DNA of 64,000 bases from Candidatus Roizmanbacteria bacterium. Lineage in GTDB: Bacteria; Patescibacteriota; Microgenomatia; UBA1406. The notes under the pieces were generated by a model that searched no databases, was not told the DNA's origin, and worked only from the letters and a program-made list of their open reading frames with translations. The stretch lies in the NCBI GenBank assembly GCA_024654535.1, contig JANLHL010000016.1:32626-96625 (forward strand), given 5' to 3'. The translations under genes and the position numbers were made by a program. Below are positions 1-10,496 of this stretch, one piece after another. Within the stretch, counting starts at the first letter, position 1. Each line of letters opens with the position of its first letter.

Positions 1-1
1 G

Positions 2-91
2 AAATGGAAATCAGTATTTAAGAAACCGTTACAACATACCAGTTATGCATTCGCCAAGAGTGCACGGTTACGAGCATATGTTTCAAACTGA
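2..91 (+). CDS. rsmH: 3' end of 16S rRNA m4C1402 methyltransferase RsmH (partial)
   Basis: Manual translation KWKSVFKKPLQHTSYAFAKSARLRAYVSN* resembles the RsmH C-terminal KKP...SAKLRA motif; canonical position before ftsL-ftsI. Confidence 0.75.
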   Translation, partial: KWKSVFKKPLQHTSYAFAKSARLRAYVSN

Positions 92-362
92 GAATAGACA
101 GACTATCATTAAGAATGTATTTTTCCTTGCATTTCTTTTTGCTATCAATGTATTTCTATCACAATTACTATTGGTAACTAATGTTACTATTCGGTCGAGT
201 GAATTGAAAGTGACGGAACTTGAAAAAGAAAATCAGAATTTACGAGTAAAATTGTCTCATTTTGAATCGAGTGACTATATTACGACTCAGGCAAAAAAAC
301 TAGATTTTATTACTGATCCTCCGGTCGTGTATATTATGCAGAATGAGTTTGCGCAAAAATGA
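78..362 (+). CDS. ftsL: Cell division protein FtsL-like
   Basis: Single TM segment plus coiled coil, between rsmH and ftsI; ATG at 78 preferred over 45. Confidence 0.7.
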   Translation: MFQTENRQTIIKNVFFLAFLFAINVFLSQLLLVTNVTIRSSELKVTELEKENQNLRVKLSHFESSDYITTQAKKLDFITDPPVVYIMQNEFAQK

Positions 363-2023
363 CCATAGTTAGGTTGGTATTTTTATTTTTTGTCATCGCG
401 TTTGGTTTTATCATGCACCGGCTATTCGTGATTCAGGTTTTAAGTTCTGACAATTACATACCTATACAAAAGTTTGTGACGGTTACAAAGGATTTATCAT
501 TGCGGGGTGAAATATTTGATACGAACAAGACGCCATTAGCAGTGAATACACAGGAGTATACCGTGTATGGTAACACTGACAGACTCCGAAAAGAGTATGA
601 CATACGAAAGAGCCTACAGAATATTCTTAAAATAAAAGACTCAACAATGAGTGCCATTCTCGATAAAAAACAATGGCAGAAAATTAAATCTGGTGTATCG
701 ACTGATACAAAAGATAAAATTGAAAAATATTATCCAACGTACATTAATATTGAAGACGAATGGGTTCGCGCTTATCCAGAAGGATCTATGTCTGCACAGG
801 TGTTAGGTTTTGTTGGTAGAGATGACATTGGTAATCCGAAAGGATATGTGGGTGTTGAGGGATATTTTGAACAAGAGCTAAGAGGTTTACCATCGGTTTC
901 CGAACGAGAGAGCGACTTAAGAGGGGTATCCTTTACCGGTGGTGCATCAAATGGTTCAAGCGGTAGGGCAGGTATGTCGCTGCGACTTACAATAGACCGT
1001 AATTTGCAAAAAATAGTCGAAGATCAGCTCTATAAAGGGGTAGAGCATTTCGATGCAAAGCAAGGGTGTGCAATAGTTATGGAGCCATACACGGGCAAGA
1101 TAAGAGCAATAGGGTGCGTTCCATCTTTTTCACCAGAAAAATATTATGAATATAAAGATGCAGATTTTACCAATGGACTTATTTCAACAATTTATGAACC
1201 TGGGTCTACCTTTAAGCCCCTCGTTGTAGCAATGGGTTTAGATACAAAATCCATAAAATCTGATCAAGTATTTGACGAAAAAGGACCGTATAGAATAGGG
1301 GAATATACTATACAAACGTGGAATAATGAATATAGTGGGAAAATAACGACAACACAAATTCTTGAAAAATCATCGAATGTAGGGATGGTTAAGATAATCG
1401 AAAAAATTAAAAAAAATTTGGTGAACGATTATTTAAATAAATTGGGTTTTCGTGAAAAAACAGGTATAGAAATTCAAGGAGAAACGACAGGTATAGTTAA
1501 AGATAGTGGTCAATGGTATCCAATTGATTATGCGACTTTATCATTTGGTCAGGGTATTGCTATAACGCCAATACAACTTGTCGCCGCGTTTTCAGCTCTT
1601 GCAAACGATGGATATGTTGTGAAACCAACAATTATTGATGATATAACAGACAGTTCTGGTAAAAAAGTCTATACAAGTAGTACCGTCAATAAGCGAACCG
1701 TATATTCTCCAAAAACTATTTCTACAATGAAAAAAATGCTGAACGATGCAATAGAACACTCAGAAGCAACGTATGCGCAAAAACCTGCCGGATACTCTTT
1801 CTGTGGAAAAACTGGCACGTCTCAAATACCTATTGAAGGACACTACGACCCAACAAAAACCATAGCTTCGTTTATAGGTTTTTTCCCTTGCGATAAGCCA
1901 AAAATGCTGATATTTGTCATGTATAAAGAACCAAAAGGATCTATATGGGGATCTGAAACTGCCGCACCTACCTTTTTTGAAATAGCTAATAGGCTGATTT
2001 TATACTATAATATAGCGCCGTAA
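359..2023 (+). CDS. ftsI: Class B penicillin-binding protein (FtsI/PBP3-like)
   Basis: RGxIxD dimerisation motif, EPGSTFK (SxxK), SSN, KTGT motifs. Confidence 0.92.
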   Translation: MTIVRLVFLFFVIAFGFIMHRLFVIQVLSSDNYIPIQKFVTVTKDLSLRGEIFDTNKTPLAVNTQEYTVYGNTDRLRKEYDIRKSLQNILKIKDSTMSAILDKKQWQKIKSGVSTDTKDKIEKYYPTYINIEDEWVRAYPEGSMSAQVLGFVGRDDIGNPKGYVGVEGYFEQELRGLPSVSERESDLRGVSFTGGASNGSSGRAGMSLRLTIDRNLQKIVEDQLYKGVEHFDAKQGCAIVMEPYTGKIRAIGCVPSFSPEKYYEYKDADFTNGLISTIYEPGSTFKPLVVAMGLDTKSIKSDQVFDEKGPYRIGEYTIQTWNNEYSGKITTTQILEKSSNVGMVKIIEKIKKNLVNDYLNKLGFREKTGIEIQGETTGIVKDSGQWYPIDYATLSFGQGIAITPIQLVAAFSALANDGYVVKPTIIDDITDSSGKKVYTSSTVNKRTVYSPKTISTMKKMLNDAIEHSEATYAQKPAGYSFCGKTGTSQIPIEGHYDPTKTIASFIGFFPCDKPKMLIFVMYKEPKGSIWGSETAAPTFFEIANRLILYYNIAP

Positions 2024-2043
2024 TATATATTTGGTATGTATAT

Positions 2044-3270
2044 ATGAAAATATTTAAAAAAATGTACTGGTTTTTAAAAGCGCTTGCCGCAAATATCTGG
2101 TATGATTTTCCTTCAAAAAAAATTATAGTTGTTGGTGTAACAGGTACTGATGGTAAGACGACTACAACGACCATGATTTATCACATGCTGACAAGTCTGG
2201 GCGAAAAAGTGTCATATATTAGTACTGTTAAGGCAGTTGTCGCAGGAAAAACCTACGATTTAGGTTTCCACGTGACGACTCCATCTGCTTTTTTTATTCA
2301 AAAACAAATTAAACGTGCAGTTGATAATGGCGATAAATATGTTGTTTTGGAAGTGACTTCACACGGGCTTGACCAGCTACGTGTATGGGGCTGTACGTTC
2401 AAGGTAGGTGCAATAACAAATATAACGAAAGAACACTTAGACTACCATAAAAATATAAAAGAGTATGGCAACACGAAGCTTAAACTGTTGAACTCTTCGG
2501 AAATCGCTGTGGTGAATGCAGACAATCCAACCCACTATTTGTTTAGAAATTCTATAAAAAATAAGAGTCTTTGGTTTTGTTCGATTCAAAAGAAGGCAGA
2601 TTTTACGTTATCAGACCTGAAGGTGCATGGTCTAAATAGTGAAATTGACGGTTTTCAAGCTGAAAATATGGTTTTAGCGTATGCCGTTTTATGTGTTTTA
2701 GGTTTTGATGAAAAAAAGGCTGCACGCTCGCTTAATTCATTTAAGAATGTGAGGGGTAGATTAGATTATTTCGAAAAAAATAATAAGCGATTCTTAATAG
2801 ATTTTGCGCATACTCCCAATTCATTTAAACGACTTTTTGAATATGTAGAAAAGAATTATACCTATAGACACATAGTACATGTTTTTGGTTGTGCTGGAAA
2901 ACGCGACGCTATAAAGAGACCGGTAATGGGTCGTTACAGTGCACAAGAATGCAATACAATAATATTGACTGAAGAGGATTACAGAACAGAAAACATTGAA
3001 ACTATATTTAACGATATTGAAAAAGGGATTCGGAAGGAAAAGAAACATGAAAAAGGAAAGAACTATTTTTGTATTCCCGATAGGCTAGAGGCAATCCGTC
3101 ATGCGATACAGACAGCTACGTCGGAAGATATTATTTTGCTCACTGGAAAAGCGCATGAACAGAGTTTGGCTCGAGGTAACAAAGAATACCATTGGGATGA
3201 ATACGAAGCTGTCGATAAAGCGCTTTCAAAAAATACGCACGCTATTTCATCTGCTGGTCATGCTGTATAA
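2044..3270 (+). CDS. murE: UDP-MurNAc-tripeptide synthetase
   Basis: VTGTDGKTTTT, LEVTSH, DFAHTP, FGCAGKRD..KR..MG. Confidence 0.9.
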   Translation: MKIFKKMYWFLKALAANIWYDFPSKKIIVVGVTGTDGKTTTTTMIYHMLTSLGEKVSYISTVKAVVAGKTYDLGFHVTTPSAFFIQKQIKRAVDNGDKYVVLEVTSHGLDQLRVWGCTFKVGAITNITKEHLDYHKNIKEYGNTKLKLLNSSEIAVVNADNPTHYLFRNSIKNKSLWFCSIQKKADFTLSDLKVHGLNSEIDGFQAENMVLAYAVLCVLGFDEKKAARSLNSFKNVRGRLDYFEKNNKRFLIDFAHTPNSFKRLFEYVEKNYTYRHIVHVFGCAGKRDAIKRPVMGRYSAQECNTIILTEEDYRTENIETIFNDIEKGIRKEKKHEKGKNYFCIPDRLEAIRHAIQTATSEDIILLTGKAHEQSLARGNKEYHWDEYEAVDKALSKNTHAISSAGHAV

Positions 3271-3964
3271 CCCCTCAAAAGAGATAAATTCTGAGTTGAT
3301 CAAGCCGATACATGGGGTTACTACTCGCTTTGATGGATCGTTCCAGTCACGGGAAAGCATTGTCAATTATTTATCGCATCGTATTCCAAACATTGATACA
3401 CATGCTATATTTGGAATACACCAAATCCATAGTTCTGACGTTCACGTTTTGCGCGCAACTGATAAACCAGACTATATTGACAGTCTAGATGTTGATGGAT
3501 TAATTCTAAAGAAAGGTAATGCACTCTCAAGTATATATGTTAAGGTTGCAGACTGTATTCCGCTCATTTTATGGGATGCAGAGACATTTACTTGTGCGGT
3601 GGTACATAGCGGTTGGAAGGGAACCTATGAAAATATTTCCCGTCGAACCATTGAAACAATGGTAAAGCTCGGAAGTAAACCGGCAAGCATTTATGCATTT
3701 ATTGGTCCTTATATTCATGATTGTTGCTACCAAGTAGACGACGTACGTGCACGGTTATTCAAGTCATCGTACATTCGATCAGTAGATGGTAGATTATATT
3801 TGAGTATAGGTACGGTAGTCGAAGATCAACTTATATATTTAGGCGTACCTAAAAAAAATATTGATCATTCTCCACTTTGTACGTCGTGTGATGCTCGTTT
3901 TTTTTCGTACTGGAGAGAAAATACCCACACGCATGGTACAATGGTAGCATACATAGCCGTATGA
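3260..3964 (+). CDS. pgeF: Peptidoglycan editing factor PgeF/YfiH (polyphenol oxidase/PNP-like family)
   Basis: QIHS, VADCIP, HSGWKG, GPYI..CCY, CTSC..FFSYWR motifs; start moved to ATG 3260. Confidence 0.88.
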   Translation: MLYNPSKEINSELIKPIHGVTTRFDGSFQSRESIVNYLSHRIPNIDTHAIFGIHQIHSSDVHVLRATDKPDYIDSLDVDGLILKKGNALSSIYVKVADCIPLILWDAETFTCAVVHSGWKGTYENISRRTIETMVKLGSKPASIYAFIGPYIHDCCYQVDDVRARLFKSSYIRSVDGRLYLSIGTVVEDQLIYLGVPKKNIDHSPLCTSCDARFFSYWRENTHTHGTMVAYIAV

Positions 3965-5373
3965 AAACTACAATACACGCAGCGCATTTTGTTGGTATCC
4001 AAGGAGTAGGTATGAGTGCTCTTGCACTCATCTATAAAGATAAAGGTATCAATGTGAATGGTTCTGATGCGGGTGAAGAATTTGACACATTTCAAGAGCT
4101 TAGGAATCGTGGCATCACAGTATATAGCGAATTTTCACCCTCTCATGTTATGGGAGACGTTGTTATCTATGGTGGCGCACATAACGGAGAAAAAAATATA
4201 GAGGTTATGTACGCAAAGAGTAAAGGTATACCAACAGTCTCATTTGCACAAGCGCTTGGAAATCTATCAAGTGAAAAAATAACGCTTGCAATATGTGGGT
4301 GCCATGGCAAAACTACAACTTCCGCACTTTCGGCATACGTATTGGATAGTGTCTTATCGCAGGTTAGCTATGCTGTTGGAGCTGCACACTTTTCAGATAA
4401 GCCTGCTGGAAAATGGACAGAAAATTCCGCTCTTTTTGTTGTCGAGGCAGATGAATATGTCGTTGATCCACAGACAGATTCACGACCAAAATTCTCACTT
4501 CTTTCTCCACGGTATATAATTGCAACAGTTTTCGACTACGACCATGTCGATATGTATGCTTCGGTCGAAGAGCTTAGGAGTGTTTATGCACGATTTTTTG
4601 AATCTGTGCCCCAATCAGGAATAATTTTTGTTAATGCAGATGATGCAGTATTACCGAAGCTTGTTTCAAAGGTAAAGACACGTGTCGTTACGTATGGTAC
4701 GAGTCAAAAAGCAGATTATAGGACTCACTCTATAACTCGACAGAATAATCGTACAGTTTTTTCTGTAACTATAAAAGGTGGTAAGGAATATATATTTACT
4801 CTTAATCTTCATGGAAAACACAACGCTGTGAATGCAACAGGGGTCATCGCTTTTTGTAATGAATACGGACTTGATCTAAAAAAATGTGCCCAAGCACTAT
4901 CGTTATTCAGTGGTGTTCGTCGAAGACTAGAGTTGCACTATGACAAAAATGATATCGTTGTGCTCGATGATTATGCGCATCACCCCGCAGAAATAACTGC
5001 CACACTCAACGCCGTGAGGACTTCGTACAAGAACAAAAAAATAGCAGTACTTTTTCAACCGCATACTTTCTCGCGCACAAAACATTTTTTATCAGGTTTT
5101 ATCGAGAGTTTATCTGATGCGGATTATGTTGGGGTATTACCAATATTTGCTTCGAAAAGGGAGCTATTAGATGACAAGATTTCATCTGAGATGCTGGTAT
5201 CTAGAGCCCATGAATTAAGACAAGGAAACTTTAACTATATAAGAAATGAAGAAGCAATAAACTCATGGTTAAAAACTTTATCGAAAGAGAAGTTAGTCAT
5301 AGTGACTATGGGTGCTGGCGATGTCTATACCTACACGAATGCAATAAAAAAGTTTTTTGAATGTCATGAATAA
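3961..5373 (+). CDS. murC: UDP-N-acetylmuramate--L-alanine ligase
   Basis: GIQGVGMSALA, GCHGKTTT, EADE, DDYAHHPAEI, FQPHTFSRT. Confidence 0.93.
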   Translation: MKTTIHAAHFVGIQGVGMSALALIYKDKGINVNGSDAGEEFDTFQELRNRGITVYSEFSPSHVMGDVVIYGGAHNGEKNIEVMYAKSKGIPTVSFAQALGNLSSEKITLAICGCHGKTTTSALSAYVLDSVLSQVSYAVGAAHFSDKPAGKWTENSALFVVEADEYVVDPQTDSRPKFSLLSPRYIIATVFDYDHVDMYASVEELRSVYARFFESVPQSGIIFVNADDAVLPKLVSKVKTRVVTYGTSQKADYRTHSITRQNNRTVFSVTIKGGKEYIFTLNLHGKHNAVNATGVIAFCNEYGLDLKKCAQALSLFSGVRRRLELHYDKNDIVVLDDYAHHPAEITATLNAVRTSYKNKKIAVLFQPHTFSRTKHFLSGFIESLSDADYVGVLPIFASKRELLDDKISSEMLVSRAHELRQGNFNYIRNEEAINSWLKTLSKEKLVIVTMGAGDVYTYTNAIKKFFECHE

Positions 5374-6310
5374 GGATCAAAAAGGAGCGCTTTCCAAGAT
5401 GGTTGATACTGGAAGAATCATTTACAATACACCACTAGCACCGTTAACGAGTATAAAGATTGGCGGTAGTGCAGATGCGCTTATATATGCACATAGCGAA
5501 CATGAAATTGCCCAGGTAGTTGGCTACGCAAAAAATGAGCAAATACCACTCTATATTTTAGGTGGCGGCTCAAACATTGTGTTTTCTGACGAAGGATACA
5601 GAGGTATCGTATTAAAGCTTACCGCTGGTAAAGAGCTAGTTGAACGTGACACGAGAACCTGTCGGATCACTTTTTCATCTGGATATATATCTCACTTGGC
5701 GTCTGTTCGAGCTGTACAAAATGGTTGTGGAGGATTTGAAGGAATGTATGGATTGCCAGGGACTATAGGCGGAGCGCTCTACATGAATTCAAAGTGGCCC
5801 GCAGGTCACTTCACGACGGCTGATAGACTCGTTTCTATTTTGTACATGGCTGAAGACGGTATAACAACAACGCTTACAAAGGAAGAACTTATGTTTTCCT
5901 ATGGATTTAGTATGTTGCAAAATCGATCTGGGATAGTCCTTTCGGCCACATTTGAGTTTGAACTCGAAGATCCGAAGAATATTCAACATAAGTGTGATTT
6001 AGTTATGAATTATCGTCAGACAACACAGCCCATAGGAGTACACACAGCAGGCTGTGTATTCAAGAATATATCCCTCGAAGAAATGGAGCATGCTCATCTT
6101 CCAACGCGTTCTGCAGGTTATTTTATAGATAAGTGTGGTTTAAAGGGTGAACGAAAAAATGGCTTGGTCATTTCCGATATACATGCAAATTTCTTTATAA
6201 ACGAGTCGGGCGCAACAGCAAAAGATTTCATATACTTAAAGGAGAAAGTGAAAGACAGGGTATATAAAAAATTTAATGTGTTATTGCGAGAAGAAGTATT
6301 AGTAGTTTAA
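5366..6310 (+). CDS. murB: UDP-N-acetylenolpyruvoylglucosamine reductase
   Basis: IGGSA, GGGSN, PGTIGGALYMN, AGCVFKN, HANFFIN; start could be 5357 or 5366. Confidence 0.93.
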   Translation: MNKDQKGALSKMVDTGRIIYNTPLAPLTSIKIGGSADALIYAHSEHEIAQVVGYAKNEQIPLYILGGGSNIVFSDEGYRGIVLKLTAGKELVERDTRTCRITFSSGYISHLASVRAVQNGCGGFEGMYGLPGTIGGALYMNSKWPAGHFTTADRLVSILYMAEDGITTTLTKEELMFSYGFSMLQNRSGIVLSATFEFELEDPKNIQHKCDLVMNYRQTTQPIGVHTAGCVFKNISLEEMEHAHLPTRSAGYFIDKCGLKGERKNGLVISDIHANFFINESGATAKDFIYLKEKVKDRVYKKFNVLLREEVLVV

Positions 6311-6321
6311 AGTTAGGAAAA

Positions 6322-7641
6322 ATGTTTTATGTCATAAATGGAGGAGCAAAATTAAAGGGAGAGGTTGAAGTTTCAGGTGCTAAGAATGTAGCACTAAAAA
6401 TGATTGTTGCAGCACTCCTTTTAAAAGGTATGTCGAGAATAGAAAATGTGCCAAAGATAAGCGATGTTATTTCGCTCATAGATATTATTAACAGACTTGG
6501 AGGTCATGCCACATTTGTTGATAAAAATGTTGTTGAAGTTGAAAATACGCTTACTCACAGTGCTGTTTCTATTGCGGATGCTACTCGTACTCGAGTATCT
6601 TTTTTGCTGATAGCACCACTTTTGTATACCTTTAAAAAAGTTACTATACCAAACCCTGGGGGATGTCGTTTGGGTGCTCGACCTGTCGATAGGCTTGTCG
6701 AGAGTCTACGTACCCTTGGTGCAGAAATAAACTATGATTCCGACGATGGTTGCTATCATGCTTCATATACATCTTTACATTGCGGCACGATAACATTCGA
6801 AAAAAAGACGCATACCGGAACAGAGCTCGCTATTATGGCAAGCGCTTGTATAGAAGGTGAAACTATTATACAGAACAGTGCACTTGAGCCTGAAATAGAT
6901 GAACTTATTTATTTTTTTAATCTTGCAGGAGCTAAGGTGTTTCGTCGGGGCGACGATATCGTAGTAAATGGTAAAGATACACTCACATCTGTCCATGCCA
7001 CTGTTTCTCCGGATAGAAATGAAGCTATTTCATTTTTAGTGCTCTCAGCTCTAACAAATGGATCGGTCGGTGTACGAGGCGTGCAGAAAAAGACAATAAA
7101 AACTTTTTTAACGTATGTTGAGAAAGCAGATCTAGTCTATGAAGAGAAATCAGATGTATCACGTATAAAAAAAAGAGGGATGATACAGCCGACTAATATT
7201 GTTACTGCACCACACCCCGGGTTTATGACTGATTGGCAGCCACTATGGGCAATTCTGATGACGCAGGCACACGGAGTAAGCACTATTCATGAAACAGTTT
7301 TTGAAGATAGATTTGGCTATGTGAACGAGCTCAATAAGTTTGGTGCCCATCTTGCATTTTGGGATCCAAAACAATCGAATACAGCGGCAATATACCAATT
7401 TGAAACAAACGAACAAAGCGATCTATCAAAGCAAGCTATACGTATTAGTGGCCCTACCAAATTGCATAATGCTTCAGCTCGAATGACCGATTTACGGGCA
7501 GGTGCATGTTTAGTCCTCGCTGCACTATTAGCAGAAGGAAAGAGCGTTATCAGTGGAGCTGAACAGATAGAGCGTGGGTATGAACAGCTGCTACACAAGC
7601 TTCGGACTATCGGTGCTTCAATAGATAAGATCGAAGACTAA
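6322..7641 (+). CDS. murA: UDP-N-acetylglucosamine 1-carboxyvinyltransferase
   Basis: SGAKN, PGGCRLGARP, PHPGFMTDWQ, DLRAG, IERGYE. Confidence 0.95.
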   Translation: MFYVINGGAKLKGEVEVSGAKNVALKMIVAALLLKGMSRIENVPKISDVISLIDIINRLGGHATFVDKNVVEVENTLTHSAVSIADATRTRVSFLLIAPLLYTFKKVTIPNPGGCRLGARPVDRLVESLRTLGAEINYDSDDGCYHASYTSLHCGTITFEKKTHTGTELAIMASACIEGETIIQNSALEPEIDELIYFFNLAGAKVFRRGDDIVVNGKDTLTSVHATVSPDRNEAISFLVLSALTNGSVGVRGVQKKTIKTFLTYVEKADLVYEEKSDVSRIKKRGMIQPTNIVTAPHPGFMTDWQPLWAILMTQAHGVSTIHETVFEDRFGYVNELNKFGAHLAFWDPKQSNTAAIYQFETNEQSDLSKQAIRISGPTKLHNASARMTDLRAGACLVLAALLAEGKSVISGAEQIERGYEQLLHKLRTIGASIDKIED

Positions 7642-7684
7642 GCTCGTCTCTTGCTTTTTTCACGCATTTACTCAATAATGTGAT

Positions 7685-8293
7685 ATGCATATGCAAAGGG
7701 TATTTTTATTGTGTAAGAAAACAATCCTATGGGTAAGTATGTTTGCATTACTAACAGTTGTACAATTTTCAGTAGTGCTTGCGACGTATTCATATGTACA
7801 CAAGAGCTCGGTAGTCATGTCTGCGTTATTTCTTCGTACTGGGGATGGATACAACAAACAAAAGAGCGCACTCATCTTGGGAGAAGAAACGGGACCTGGA
7901 TCGACTGATGCACGCAAAGCTATCATCCAAGATTTTATACAGAGATATAACCCTAATTCACCACTGTTAGCGTATATAGATACTATGATGAGTGCTTCGG
8001 ATAAATATAATTTACATTATGGACTATTGCCAGCAATTGCTATGGTTGAATCTGGGTTGTGTCGGAAAATACCTGAATATTCATATAACTGTTGGGGGTG
8101 GGGTATTTATGGAAAAAATGTTATACGGTTTAGTTCGTACAACAATGCTATCGAGACTGTCGCAAAGGGTTTGGGAGAACGCTATGTACAGCAAGGATTA
8201 TCAACGCCTGAAGACATAGTCCGTAAGTACAATCCGACAAACCATAACGATTGGTCAGGTTCTGTTCGGTATTTTTTGAATATATTTGAATAA
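7685..8293 (+). CDS. Membrane-anchored lysozyme-fold protein (glucosaminidase/transglycosylase-like)
   Basis: N-terminal TM segment; LLPAIAMVESG and YNCWGWG motifs. Confidence 0.6.
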   Translation: MHMQRVFLLCKKTILWVSMFALLTVVQFSVVLATYSYVHKSSVVMSALFLRTGDGYNKQKSALILGEETGPGSTDARKAIIQDFIQRYNPNSPLLAYIDTMMSASDKYNLHYGLLPAIAMVESGLCRKIPEYSYNCWGWGIYGKNVIRFSSYNNAIETVAKGLGERYVQQGLSTPEDIVRKYNPTNHNDWSGSVRYFLNIFE

Positions 8294-8348
8294 TTAGCAG
8301 ACAAAATTTTTGCTTGCCAATTTATTAAGTATTCGATACTATATAAGC

Positions 8349-10496
8349 ATGCAAATGAATTATGAGCCGCCACAAGAGACTGGTTCGATGCTCGAAATGC
8401 ATGTGCTGAATTTTACGAAACTTGCTCGCGAAAATAAGCTCGATCCGGTCATCGGTAGAGACAGCGAAGTGCGCCGCATTATGCAGATTCTTACCCGTCG
8501 TACGAAAAATAATCCAGTGCTTCTTGGTGACCCAGGCGTTGGTAAAACGGCGCTCGTTGAGGGCCTTGCACAGAGAATAGCAATAGGCGACGTTCCGAGT
8601 ATTTTAAAGAATAAAGAAGTTATTAGTCTAGATTTAGCATCTATGCTAGCTGGGGCAGCGTATAGGGGTGAATTTGAAAAACGCTTGAAGGGTTTGTTGA
8701 AGGAGATACAGCAATCAAATGGAAAATATATTTTGTTTATAGACGAAATACATACTCTCGTTGGCGCTGGTGGGGCTGAAGGTACTATGGATGCAGCAAA
8801 TATGTTGAAACCAGCGCTCGCTCGGGGAGATTTACGCGCAATTGGTGCGACGACACTGCGTGAATATAGAACCTACATTGAAAAAGACGTTGCCCTTGCA
8901 CGCAGATTTCAGCCAGTGTTTGTTGAAGAACCAACCCAAGAAGATTCTATTGCCATACTACGTGGATTAAAACAGAAATATGAGATACACCATGGTATTC
9001 GTATAGCGGATTCCGCTCTTATAGCTGCCGTTGGGCTTTCAAAGCGGTATATACCAGATAGGTTTTTACCAGATAAAGCAATAGACCTTGTCGATGAGGC
9101 AGCCTCTGCGTTGAAAATAGAAATAGATTCATCTCCGCTTAGTATAGACGAACTGCGACGCACACTCACGCAAGAAGAAATAGAGGTAACAGCACTCAAA
9201 CGCGAAAAAGACAGTGCAACAAAAAAAAGTGTAATTGAGAAGCAAGAAAGTATTAAAAAGAAGCGCGAAAAGTTGACTATTTTGGAATCTCGTTGGAACA
9301 GTCAAAAAAAACTGTTGCAAGAAACAACGAAACTGAGAACAGAGCTAGAAAAGAAAAACCAGGAACTTGAAGATGCGCAACGTGAAGCGATCTTGGATAA
9401 AGCGGCAGAGTTGAAATATGGTGCCATTCCACAGTTGAAAGAAAAACTAAAACAATCTACTGAAGAATGGGAACGGATACCGAAAGACGAACGATTACTA
9501 AAAGAAGAAGTTACGGAAGATGACATTGCTACCATTGTTGCGCGATGGACCGGAATACCAGTCAAGCGAATGCTCCAGTCAGAACGTGAAAAACTGCTTC
9601 ATCTAGAAGAGGATATGCACAAGCGTGTCATTGATCAGGTTGACGCTATAGAGAAAATCGCACGCGCGATTCGTCGCTCTCGAGCAGGATTTTCTAAAGG
9701 AACAAAACCTATGGGCGTTTTTTTGTTTGTTGGACCTACCGGTGTGGGTAAAACAGAAACGGCAAAAGCGTTAGCGTACAGTTTGTTTAACGATGAGCAT
9801 GCACTCATTCGTATAGATATGAGTGAATATAGTGAGGCGCATACAATTTCGCGCCTCATCGGCGCACCACCAGGGTATATTGGATTTGAGCAAGGCGGAC
9901 AGCTTACCGAGGCAGTGCGTAGAAAGCCATATTCGATAGTGCTCTTTGATGAAGTTGAAAAAGCGCATCAACAGATATTTAATATTTTTTTACAGATATT
10001 TGATGACGGTCAGCTCACCGATGGCCAGGGAAGGGTGGTTAGTTTTACAAACACGATAATCATTATGACATCAAACCTAGGAAGTGAAGACATTATTGAA
10101 GCCGGAAAAGTTGATAAAGCAGTGGCTGAAAAGATTAGTGCACGGATTCAGAAGTATTTCAAACCTGAAATCCTTAATAGAATTGATGCACAAATATTGT
10201 TTGAACCGCTTACCAAAGCAATGATGAAGGATATTGTTGCTTTGCAGCTCGGTGAAATAAAGAAAGATATGCAGGGAAAGAATATAGATGTGCACTTTAC
10301 TGATAGTCTTATCACACATTTGGTAGAAACGGGTTTTGACCCGCTCTTTGGGGCTCGCCCAGTGCAAAGGCTTATCAATGAAGAGGTTTTAGATGAACTT
10401 GCATACCGATTTATAGAAGGCAAAATTGTGGAAGGAAGTTCGCTTTCAATCGGGTTCGAAAAAAATAAGATCGTTATAATTGACCGTCATGCATGA
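8349..10496 (+). CDS. clpB: ClpB-like AAA+ chaperone lacking the N-terminal Clp-repeat domain
   Basis: LDPVIGRD, GDPGVGKT, long coiled-coil M domain, GPTGVGKT, RLIGAPPGY; protein starts just before NBD1. Confidence 0.92.
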   Translation: MQMNYEPPQETGSMLEMHVLNFTKLARENKLDPVIGRDSEVRRIMQILTRRTKNNPVLLGDPGVGKTALVEGLAQRIAIGDVPSILKNKEVISLDLASMLAGAAYRGEFEKRLKGLLKEIQQSNGKYILFIDEIHTLVGAGGAEGTMDAANMLKPALARGDLRAIGATTLREYRTYIEKDVALARRFQPVFVEEPTQEDSIAILRGLKQKYEIHHGIRIADSALIAAVGLSKRYIPDRFLPDKAIDLVDEAASALKIEIDSSPLSIDELRRTLTQEEIEVTALKREKDSATKKSVIEKQESIKKKREKLTILESRWNSQKKLLQETTKLRTELEKKNQELEDAQREAILDKAAELKYGAIPQLKEKLKQSTEEWERIPKDERLLKEEVTEDDIATIVARWTGIPVKRMLQSEREKLLHLEEDMHKRVIDQVDAIEKIARAIRRSRAGFSKGTKPMGVFLFVGPTGVGKTETAKALAYSLFNDEHALIRIDMSEYSEAHTISRLIGAPPGYIGFEQGGQLTEAVRRKPYSIVLFDEVEKAHQQIFNIFLQIFDDGQLTDGQGRVVSFTNTIIIMTSNLGSEDIIEAGKVDKAVAEKISARIQKYFKPEILNRIDAQILFEPLTKAMMKDIVALQLGEIKKDMQGKNIDVHFTDSLITHLVETGFDPLFGARPVQRLINEEVLDELAYRFIEGKIVEGSSLSIGFEKNKIVIIDRHA

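Noticed and set aside
3101..3259. Long upstream extensions in the ORF track (also at 27474, 48893, 49814, 50236, 51229)
   Set aside because: They overlap the preceding genes extensively; downstream starts fit the family N-termini.
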